DNA of 50,068 nucleotides from Dudresnaya verticillata (taxonomy: Eukaryota), in contig OZ374565.1 of NCBI GenBank assembly GCA_977862235.1, positions 2,666,001-2,716,068 on the forward strand, read 5' to 3'. Under the pieces are notes generated by a model. That model ran no database searches and was not told where the DNA came from. It saw only the letters and a list, made by a program, of their open reading frames with translations. The position numbers were made by a program, and so were the translations under genes. Every line of letters begins with the position of its first letter. Positions within the stretch are counted from its first letter, which is position 1. Shown piece by piece: positions 8,036 through 18,800 of the stretch.

Positions 8036-11000
8036 TTCAACTTTATAACAGGGGACCATATTCTAATATTTGTCGACGTACAATCTACTGTAGTATCACA
8101 ACAAAGTTAAACCCCCAACTCAAAACAACTTGCACATCTACACCTCCTGTTGGATCCCTTCCATCAGGCACTTGACGTTGTTCTGTACCAGTCGCGCCGC
8201 GTGCCTGTGGAATAGAGCCGCTCGCGAAACACCGCGAGTTACCATGGCCCGAGAAGCCACGGTATCCGCCAACTCTTGCATATACTTGTGCGCCTCCGGG
8301 TGCCAGCCACCTAGTGTGGTCATCGGCACCGGCACAAGCCTTGCCCCCGGTCCGGCAGCCTGGATGAAGCCACGGTAAGTCCGCACCTTGTCAGCGTGGG
8401 CGTTCTTCAGCGTCCCTTGCGGGTTTGTTATGCAGCTGAGAATGCGTTGTTCTGACGACAGTGGATGACTGATTGTGACGTCCAGGTAGTCCGTTCCTCC
8501 TTCTGTTCCAAGCGCCTTGATGTCTGGCCGATCCAGGTGAGCCCCCACCGGGCGGGGCTCCACAATCGGGGTGCGTGTCGCACGTTTCAGATCCGAAGCC
8601 AGCAGACGAACCTGAGAGTCGTGGCGCCACGACCGAGGAGAACCGCTGTTCCGCATGCCGTTCGGACAAATCAGCAGATGGTCGCCCCTCAGTACCCCTC
8701 GCGATCTGCCGAATTTTTTGTTTCGGAGATTTCTCAGCAAGTTCTGCACCGATCTTTTCGGCGGCGGTGCCGCCTGTTCGAGCGCGCGACGGCGCGTCGG
8801 TGCGGGGTTTTTCAGCCCTTCACCTTCGCGGGCGGGCGAGCGCGGTCTACTTTTGTCTCTTTCCGCGCCGCCGATCTGCGCCGCGACGCCGTCGTCGTCG
8901 CCGCCGTCGCCGCCGCCGTCGTCGCCGACGGTCACGCGTTTCCTATTTTGCGCTTACTTTTAAGGTGATCCCTCACCTTGAAATTTTCCCGGGCCCCACT
9001 GACTTATCTTTCTTTCCCTGGCCCTGTACGCGTTTTGCTTGTACCCGGCACAGCCTAGACTCTGTCTAGGCTGCCGTGGACTGTCGACAGAGGGGTTTCA
9101 CACCCTTCAACTGACAGATTGGTAAAGGCCAGGCTTGTCCTGTAAAATCTTCCTTCGGGAAGTGCCGAGAGACCTACAAGTGTGGGAATCGCCAAAGACC
9201 CTCGACCTTGAGTGGTAGGCGGCTCGTGACCCACAAGCTCATCGCAGAAACGTGCCAAGCAACGTCGAAGTTGGGGTAACGTGGCTTAAGCCTGGTGGAT
9301 CCTGTTTTGAAACCACCCCTTCTAAGATCGAGCGAACGTCCTGCCAGCGAACCTTCGGGGGAGGCCAAAAATCCTGTGGGCACTCACAGGTAAACGGTGG
9401 TTCTGCGACCCCATTGAGAGCTTGTGCAAACGAGAAGTACCGCGCGTTACAGGACCGCAGTGAAGAGAGTCTTCTCAGCTGCGGCAGGGAAGGGAACGTC
9501 CGATAACTCTGCGCGCACGAACGCTAACACGCGCGCCCTTTTGCGCGAGCTCGTGCGCAAAGTGCGCGATCTCGCGCCCTACGCTGCGAAGAGGCCCTCA
9601 TCTCGCAGCAAGGCCACCTGTAGCACCCTCTGGAGGTGTCCCGAACAGACTGACGACGGACGACAGGCTTGCGTCCCGGTTAGGAGGTCTGTGCCCCGTG
9701 GGAACCTACTGTAGAGGACCTTTACAGGTACCTTACCCAGCGCTGTAACCATGATTGGTCAGCAGCACCCCGACATGCCGAAGGTATGGCTCTCTCCATG
9801 CTTTATGCCTTCGGCAAAACACCGCCCGACAAACAGTACCAGCTGTCCTCTGGGCTGCCAGTCGTCCTCACTGCCTACTGTAGAAGCGCTACTCATGCAC
9901 CTGCGGAAGATGCATGTTCCTGGCAGGCGAGGACCACCGACGAGGACCGACATCGAGCCTCTCAAGCAGCAGCTCCTGGACTATGGAGTATGGTACTGTG
10001 TGACTCACAACAAGTACATGCCCACCCACTGTAGCTCCCGCATGAACAGTGAAGGCATGTACAGTATGCGGTACAAGAATTGCAGCGCATGTCCCGCTAC
10101 TCGCACTCCGGCGTTCTCCCACGTCCCGTCCAACCAATTGACGACACCGAGCCGTGAAGAAACTGTAGCCGCGCCATCACAGTCTCCTGCTCTGGACGCG
10201 GTCACGGAGACGCAACCCGAGGACGGCGAGCCAGCGGACGATATCCTGCCAGCCCCGCGACGAATCCCGGACAGCCAGGAGCCGCCTCCTGCACCGGTAC
10301 CTGCTACTCGAGAGGTACCAACTGCGCAAACCCCACCCGTTGCGCGGGGTCCAGGAGGGCAGCTTCTGCCGGCGGTCGAAGACATCTGTCGCTCGCATAT
10401 CCCTATGGTCACACATATACCGTCTCGCGTCCGCGCCGAGGTGCGCGACGCACTGTCCAAGACGGTATGGGCTTTTACGAACGCAACCAACTCTCAGGAA
10501 GCCACCAAAGAGCTCACTGCATTCCTGCTTTTTCCAGCAGCCGTCTTGTCCAATCCTCCCGCGGCGAGTGCAAGGGCCAGCGCGTCAACCTCTGCGTCCT
10601 CGATCGGCACCTTCCGCGATCGAATCCGACGCTGGGGACTCAAGGATTACGACGCCCTATGGCAGGAGGCCTTGAAGGGCTCGACATTCCGTGAGCAGAC
10701 TGCGCCTTCCGCAGAAGAGCAACGCCGTATCAATGCCTCACGAGCCCTTCGCCTTGCAAAGGAGGGCGCCTACAGTAAGGCAGCAGCAGCTCTAGACTCT
10801 GATGGAATCGCCCCAGCCACAGACTCTGTGATACAGTCCATGAAGGACAAGCACCCGCAGTCCGTACCGCAAACCGACGCGGACCACGAGCTTGACCAGT
10901 CCGAACCGCTGCCGACCATGCCTGACTTCGTGCCTTTCACAGCCGACGAAGTACGAAAAGCAGTGGCCAAGTTCCCCCGGGCTTCGGCCTCGGGGGGAAC

Positions 11001-12623
11001 AGGACTATCACCGACCCATCTGCAGGAACTGCTCTCAGTCCCGACCACTCACGAGCACACGGGCCTGCTTGGCGGGCTCACCAAAATGGTCAACGTGCTG
11101 GCCAGCGGCGCAGGACCTGCGGAGCTGTCGCCTTGGATTGCCAGCGCTCCTCTCACGGCTCTGAAGAAGCGCACCGGCGGTGTCCGCCCCATTGCTGTAG
11201 GAGAGACAATCCGACGACTCGTGAGCTCTATGCTCATGACCAGAGTCGCTCCCAAGGCCAAGGCATACCTCGAACCGCTTCAGCTCGGGGTCGCAACCTC
11301 GGGCGGCACAGAAGCCATTGTACACGCGGTCCGGAAGCTGCAGAAGTCTCACGGCCATGACAAGTCCTACGGGTTGCTACAAGTGGACTTGAAGAATGCC
11401 TTCAACCTTGTCAGCCGCAAAGCATTCATGAAGGAGGTCCGCCGACATATGCCTGAACTACTACCGTGGGTCAGATACTGTTATGACTCTGAGGGCCCGC
11501 ACCTGTGGATGGGTGACACTCTACTGCGGAGTGTCACTGGTGTACAGCAAGGTGACCCGCTCGGGCCGTTACTGTTTGCTTTGGTGCTGCAGGCACTGAT
11601 CAAACAGTTGAAGGAACTCACCGCCGACCTGCGGCGCTCGGGCCGCAATCAGCAAGCGGAGGGGGCGAACAACTTGCTGCTGTCACTGTTCTACCTGGAC
11701 GACGGCGTCATCGTGGCGAAACACGCCGTACTCAGGAAGGTTCTGTCCTTCTTTGACTCCGAGGAAGCTAAGGGCTATGGCTTCCACCTGCGCATGGACA
11801 AGTGTACTGTTTGGTGGCCTACTGCACCCGACCCAGAAGACTGCGCTGCCTACCCGTCGGATCTTGGGCAGAGCTACGGAGAAGGCACTACAGTACTTCA
11901 GGCTCCGATTGGAACGCAGAACTACATGGAGGAGAGCGTGAATGGCCATGTCGAGTCCATCCAGCCCCTGCTGGACGCAATTTCGGGACTAGAAGACCTA
12001 CACGTGGCCATCACTCTACTCCGCAACTGTGCCGGAGTCTGCCGGCTGAACTACCTGCTGCGAGTAGTTCCATCATCCGCCACGGCAAAGGGCGCCGAGC
12101 TCTTCGACCAGAAGATTGAGGCTTGCACGCGCAAGCTCGTGGGAGGAGTCCTACCGAGGGACACCTTCCGCGAACTTCAGCTTCCCCTGCGCACGAAAGA
12201 GCCCAGCTTCGGAATCGGTATTTCGGGAGCTGGAGACATGAACTCGAGCGCGTTTTTGGCATCCCTTTCACTGACCCGCAACTTACTGCGTTCTATCTTA
12301 CCCGCTTCTGTGAACACTGCTCTTTCTGACGATCCTTTTGCAGTAGAAGCGCACGAAGCCTGGAGCGCCAAGTGCCATAGTGAGGATGCCCTGGACCTGG
12401 AGAAGATCGACAGCGACGAGTGCCCGCGCCAGCGGGACTTGACGCGGTTGGTACTGAAGAAAGTGCAAGCCGAGCTGCCGCTCGGGGACAGGCGGACTCA
12501 AGCTTTCCGAGCTTCCCTTGGCGTGCCGGGCGCCAAGGACTGGCTCAAGTGCCAGCCGGCACCAGGCATGAAGACGTACATTGCGGATCGGGACTACCGC
12601 GTATGGCTTCGATTCTACTGTCG
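8036..12623. mobile_element. Copy 3: 5'-inverted (twin-primed) insertion; 3' part 8036-8686 (-), 5' part ~8696-12623 (+)
   Basis: Orientation switch at 8686/8687, ~66-bp internal deletion, flanked by TSDs 8023-8035 and 12624-12636. Confidence 0.92.
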
Positions 12624-12630
12624 GTACTGA
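9751..12630 (+). pseudogene. C-terminally truncated polyprotein (959 aa; RT intact, knuckle and endonuclease lost)
   Basis: Ends FYCRY* with the TGA stop inside the target duplication. Confidence 0.88.
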
Positions 12631-12667
12631 GGTGAGGGATCACTCTGGAATCGCCAGTGCCGAATGT
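12624..12667 (+). pseudogene. 5S rRNA 3' half (nt 77-120)
   Basis: Identical to the 3' end of the intact 5S copies. Confidence 0.92.
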
Positions 12668-13756
12668 TTTTATTTTTTTGCACCTCATTCCTTCCTCCCC
12701 GCCGCCCTCTGCGTACATTGCTGCCTTGCATACCTCTCCCACAGAATCCCCGACCCACTGCCTCTGTACAGCGTATTCTTTTCACTCGCACTTTTCCCCT
12801 TTTCTTGTAAGTGGGAGGGAGTCTGAGAGTGTTTGCAGGTGTCTAGGGGTTGTTTAGGGTTAGGTCTAGGGTTAGTTTGGTTACTGTGGTACGCGAGGGG
12901 CATGATATTGGGAGGGTAAAGGGTCTAGTGTTGGTGCATGGAATGAATCATGGTGGTGGAAGGAATGGATCAGTGTGGTGGATGAATTGGATTTAGGGAC
13001 ATAGAATTGGATTAGATTTAGTACCCAGAAGATTGGATCAAGGATCACCACAATCGGATCAAGTCTGGTGGCTGGGGTGAGGGTGGCTTGGACGTTTGTG
13101 CTCATAACTTTGGAACGGCTGGGGCTAGGGAGCTGCTCAGTAGCTGAATCGAAGCGTCTCGTTGCTGCGCATTGCGTAGCGCTCTTACCCTCCTAAATCG
13201 ACTTTTTGGCGCGTTTCTATGGTGCAAAACGTCCCCACGGGCCGTCGGCAGCTTTTGAGCAGATCAAATAGGGGTTTGGGGCATGTATGGTTATGGGTGG
13301 GTTTAGGGGTGTTAGGGATGTGTCATTTTAACGCGTTTAGGAGTGTAGGGAGTGGGAATGAAAGTAGTAAGGATGAGGAAATGGAAAGGGAAGGATGAGA
13401 AAGTATAGTACAATGCAGTAATACAAATCACGGAATGCATCAGGTTGGGATCCAATAAGGGTGGATGGATTGGATCAACGGAAGTCAAGGCGTTATAGGA
13501 TTGGATCTAGGGGCTCTGTAAATTAGATTGGGTGCTGGTTTCATTGAACCAAGGGGTCAGAACGTCCATGAGCTGGTTGACTGTATTTATATTGAATCCT
13601 GCGTTTAGAGTAAATGGTATACGGTTATGGGTCATTACTTTAATGCTCCACGTGTACACTACAGTCGGATGGACATTGGACGCAGGAGTCTTTAGTCGAT
13701 GACGGGGAGTGCAGTTGATGGCGCATTTAAATAGGGGTACGGCGGGAACAGCAAGC

Positions 13757-13876
13757 ACATTCGGCCATACTACGCAGACATGCTCCGTATCCCATCCCGA
13801 ACTGCGAAGATAAGTCTCGTCAGGCTGGTTTAGTACTGAGGTGAGGGATCACTCTGGAATCGCCAGTGCCGAATGT
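13757..13876 (+). rRNA. 5S rRNA, intact
   Basis: 120 nt; helix I ACATTCGGC/GCCGAATGT; conserved eukaryotic 5S motifs GGCCATAC, CGAAC, GAAG.TAAG, TTAGTACT, GGAAT; T-run terminator. Confidence 0.95.
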
Positions 13877-14965
13877 TTTTATTTTTTTGCACCTCATTCC
13901 TTCCTCCCCGCCGCCCTCTGCGTACATTGCTGCCTTGCATACCTCTCCCACAGAATCCCCGACCCACTGCCTCTGTACAGCGTATTCTTTTCACTCGCAC
14001 TTTTCCCCTTTTCTTGTAAGTGGGAGGGAGTCTGAGAGTGTTTGCAGGTGTCTAGGGGTTGTTTAGGGTTAGGTCTAGGGTTAGTTTGGTTACTGTGGTA
14101 CGCGAGGGGCATGATATTGGGAGGGTAAAGGGTCTAGTGTTGGTGCATGGAATGAATCATGGTGGTGGAAGGAATGGATCAGTGTGGTGGATGAATTGGA
14201 TTTAGGGACATAGAATTGGATTAGATTTAGTACCCAGAAGATTGGATCAAGGATCACCACAATCGGATCAAGTCTGGTGGCTGGGGTGAGGGTGGCTTGG
14301 ACGTTTGTGCTCATAACTTTGGAACGGCTGGGGCTAGGGAGCTGCTCAGTAGCTGAATCGAAGCGTCTCGTTGCTGCGCATTGCGTAGCGCTCTTACCCT
14401 CCTAAATCGACTTTTTGGCGCGTTTCTATGGTGCAAAACGTCCCCACGGGCCGTCGGCAGCTTTTGAGCAGATCAAATAGGGGTTTGGGGCATGTATGGT
14501 TATGGGTGGGTTTAGGGGTGTTAGGGATGTGTCATTTTAACGCGTTTAGGAGTGTAGGGAGTGGGAATGAAAGTAGTAAGGATGAGGAAATGGAAAGGGA
14601 AGGATGAGAAAGTATAGTACAATGCAGTAATACAAATCACGGAATGCATCAGGTTGGGATCCAATAAGGGTGGATGGATTGGATCAACGGAAGTCAAGGC
14701 GTTATAGGATTGGATCTAGGGGCTCTGTAAATTAGATTGGGTGCTGGTTTCATTGAACCAAGGGGTCAGAACGTCCATGAGCTGGTTGACTGTATTTATA
14801 TTGAATCCTGCGTTTAGAGTAAATGGTATACGGTTATGGGTCATTACTTTAATGCTCCACGTGTACACTACAGTCGGATGGACATTGGACGCAGGAGTCT
14901 TTAGTCGATGACGGGGAGTGCAGTTGATGGCGCATTTAAATAGGGGTACGGCGGGAACAGCAAGC

Positions 14966-15054
14966 ACATTCGGCCATACTACGCAGACATGCTCCGTATC
15001 CCATCCCGAACTGCGAAGATAAGTCTCGTCAGGCTGGTTTAGTACTGAGGTGAG
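14966..15054 (+). pseudogene. 5S rRNA 5' part, disrupted by copies 4+5; 3' half at 20480-20523
   Basis: 5S nt 1-89 joined to the element 3' end. Confidence 0.92.
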
Positions 15055-15813
15055 TTCAACTTTATAACAGGTGATCATATTCTAATATTTGTCGACGTAC
15101 AATCTACTGTAGTATCACAACAAAGTTAAACCCCAACTCAAAACAACTTGCACATCTACACCTCCTGTTGGATCCCTTCCATCAGGCACTTGACGTTGTT
15201 CTGCACCAGTCGCGCCGCGTGCCTGTGGAATAGAGCCGCTCGCGAAACACCGCGAGTTACCATGGCCCGAGAAGCCACAGTATCCGCCAACTCTTGCATG
15301 TACTTGTGCGCCTCCGGGTGCCAGCCACCTAGTGTGGTCATCGGCACCGGCACAAGTCTTGCCCCCGGTCCGGCAGCCTGGATGAAGCCACGGTAAGTCC
15401 GCACCTTGTCAGCGTGGGCGTTCTTCAGCGTCCCTTGCGGGTTTGTTATGCAGCTGAGAATGCGTTGTTCTGACGACAGTGGATGACTGATTGTGACGTC
15501 CAGGTAGTCCGTTCCTCCTTCTGTTCCAAGCGCCTTGATGTCCGGCCGATCCAGGTGAGCCCCCACAGGGCGGGGCTCCACAATCGGGGTGCGTGTCGCA
15601 CGTTTCAGATCCGAAGCCAGCAGACGAACCTGAGAGTCGTGGCGCCACGACCGAGGAGATCCGCTGTTCCGCATGCCGTTCGGACAAATCAGCAGATGGT
15701 CGCCGTGAACATCCATCATCTTCTTGCACCCGGCCCGAGGACACTCCGTGTCGGGTTCCAGCAGTGGAATCCGACAGTAGAATCGAAGCCATACGCGGTA
15801 GTCCCGATCCGCA
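15055..15813 (-). mobile_element. Copy 4, 5'-truncated (759 bp; endonuclease region and 3' UTR)
   Basis: Precise 3' end; truncated at ...GATCCGCA, then TSD 15814-15826. Confidence 0.92.
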
Positions 15814-15826
15814 GTACTGAGGTGAG

Positions 15827-18800
15827 TTCAACTTTATAACAGGGGACCATATTCTAATATTTGTCGACGTACAATCTACTGTAGTATCACAACAAAGTTA
15901 AACCCCCAACTCAAAACAACTTGCACATCTACACCTCCTGTTGGATCCCTTCCATCAGGCACTTGACGTTGTTCTGTACCAGTCGCGCCGCGTGCCTGTG
16001 GAATAGAGCCGCTCGCGAAACACCGCGAGTTACCATGGCCCGAGAAGCCACGGTATCCGCCAACTCTTGCATATACTTGTGCGCCTCCGGGTGCCAGCCA
16101 CCTAGTGTGGTCATCGGCACCGGCACAAGCCTTGCCCCCGGTCCGGCAGCCTGGATGAAGCCACGGTAAGTCCGCACCTTGTCAGCGTGGGCGTTCTTCA
16201 GCGTCCCTTGCGGGTTTGTTATGCAGCTGAGAATGCGTTGTTCTGACGACAGTGGATGACTGATTGTGACGTCCAGGTAGTCCGTTCCTCCTTCTGTTCC
16301 AAGCGCCTTGATGTCTGGCCGATCCAGGTGAGCCCCCACCGGGCGGGGCTCCACAATCGGGGTGCGTGTCGCACGTTTCAGATCCGAAGCCAGCAGACGA
16401 ACCTGAGAGTCGTGGCGCCACGACCGAGGAGAACCGCTGTTCCGCATGCCGTTCGGACAAATCAGCAGATGGTCGCCGTGAACATCCATCTTCTTCTTGC
16501 ACCCGGCCCGAGGACACTCCGTGTCGGGTTCCAGCAGTGGGATCTGACAGTAGAATCGAAGCCATACGCGGTAGTCCCGATCCGCAATGTACGTCTTCAT
16601 GCCTGGTGCCGGCTGGCACTTGAGCCAGTCCTTGGCGCCCGGCACGCCAAGGGAAGCTCGGAAAGCTTGAGTCCGCCTGTCCCCGAGCGGCAGCTCGGCT
16701 TGCACTTTCTTCAGTACCAACCGCGTCAAGTCCCGCTGGCGCGGGCACTCGTCGCTGTCGATCTTCTCCAGGTCCAGGGCATCCTCACTATGGCACTTGG
16801 CGCTCCAGGCTTCGTGCGCTTCTACTGCAAAAGGATCGTCAGAAAGAGCAGTGTTCACAGAAGCGGGTAAGATAGAACGCAGTAAGTTGCGGGTCAGTGA
16901 AAGGGATGCCAAAAACGCGCTCGAGTTCATGTCTCCAGCTCCCGAAATACCGATTCCGAAGCTGGGCTCTTTCGTGCGCAGGGGAAGCTGAAGTTCGCGG
17001 AAGGTGTCCCTCGGTAGGACTCCTCCCACGAGCTTGCGCGTGCAAGCCTCAATCTTCTGGTCGAAGAGCTCGGCGCCCTTTGCCGTGGCGGATGATGGAA
17101 CTACTCGCAGCAGGTAGTTCAGCCGGCAGACTCCGGCACAGTTGCGGAGTAGAGTGATGGCCACGTGTAGGTCTTCTAGTCCCGAAATTGCGTCCAGCAG
17201 GGGCTGGATGGACTCGACATGGCCATTCACGCTCTCCTCCATGTAGTTCTGCGTTCCAATCGGAGCCTGAAGTACTGTAGTGCCTTCTCCGTAGCTCTGC
17301 CCAAGATCCGACGGGTAGGCAGCGCAGTCTTCTGGGTCGGGTGCAGTAGGCCACCAAACAGTACACTTGTCCATGCGCAGGTGGAAGCCATAGCCCTTAG
17401 CTTCCTCGGAGTCAAAGAAGGACAGAACCTTCCTGAGTACGGCGTGTTTCGCCACGATGACGCCGTCGTCCAGGTAGAACAGTGACAGCAGCAAGTTGTT
17501 CGCCCCCTCCGCTTGCTGATTGCGGCCCGAGCGCCGCAGGTCGGCGGTGAGTTCCTTCAACTGTTTGATCAGTGCCTGCAGCACCAAAGCAAACAGTAAC
17601 GGCCCGAGCGGGTCACCTTGCTGTACACCAGTGACACTCCGCAGTAGAGTGTCACCCATCCACAGGTGCGGGCCCTCAGAGTCATAACAGTATCTGACCC
17701 ACGGTAGTAGTTCAGGCATATGTCGGCGGACCTCCTTCATGAATGCTTTGCGGCTGACAAGGTTGAAGGCATTCTTCAAGTCCACTTGTAGCAACCCGTA
17801 GGACTTGTCATGGCCGTGAGACTTCTGCAGCTTCCGGACCGCGTGTACAATCGCTTCTGTGCCGCCCGAGGTTGCGACCCCGAGCTGAAGCGGTTCGAGG
17901 TATGCCTTGGCCTTGGGAGCGACTCTGGTCATGAGCATAGAGCTCACGAGTCGTCGGATTGTCTCTCCTACAGCAATGGGGCGGACACCGCCGGTGCGCT
18001 TCTTCAGAGCCGTGAGAGGAGCGCTGGCAATCCAAGGCGACAGCTCCGCAGGTCCTGCGCCGCTGGCCAGCACGTTGACCATTTTGGTGAGCCCGCCAAG
18101 CAGGCCCGTGTGCTCGTGAGTGGTCGGGACTGAGAGCAGTTCCTGCAGATGCGTCGGTGATAGTCCTGTTCCCCCCGAGGCCGAAGCCCGGGGGAACTTG
18201 GCCACTGCTTTTCGTACTTCGTCGGCTGTGAAAGGCACGAAGTCAGGCATGGTCGGCAGCGGTTCGGACTGGTCAAGCTCGTGGTCCGCGTCGGTTTGCG
18301 GTACGGACTGCGGGTGCTTGTCCTTCATGGACTGTATCACAGAGTCTGTGGCTGGGGCGATTCCATCAGAGTCTAGAGCTGCTGCTGCCTTACTGTAGGC
18401 GCCCTCCTTTGCAAGGCGAAGGGCTCGTGAGGCATTGATACGGCGTTGCTCTTCTGCGGAAGGCGCAGTCTGCTCACGGAATGTCGAGCCCTTCAAGGCC
18501 TCCTGCCATAGGGCGTCGTAATCCTTGAGTCCCCAGCGTCGGATTCGATCGCGGAAGGTGCCGATCGAGGACGCAGAGGTTGACGCGCTGGCCCTTGCAC
18601 TCGCCGCGGGAGGATTGGACAAGACGGCTGCTGGAAAAAGCAGGAATGCAGTGAGCTCTTTGGTGGCTTCCTGAGAGTTGGTTGCGTTCGTAAAAGCCCA
18701 TACCGTCTTGGACAGTGCGTCGCGCACCTCGGCGCGGACGCGAGACGGTATATGTGTGACCATAGGGATATGCGAGCGACAGATGTCTTCGACCGCCGGC

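Noticed and set aside
8138..8935. 265-aa ORF fusing antisense 5' UTR to the endonuclease domain
   Set aside because: Accidental product of the inversion junction; GTG start.
9185..9194. GGAATCGCCA match to 5S nt 100-109 in the 5' UTR
   Set aside because: Isolated 10-mer in the opposite orientation to the box A/C mimic; plausible by chance.
9650..9670. CTGACGA hammerhead-like core in the 5' UTR
   Set aside because: No following stem II plus GAAA could be found.
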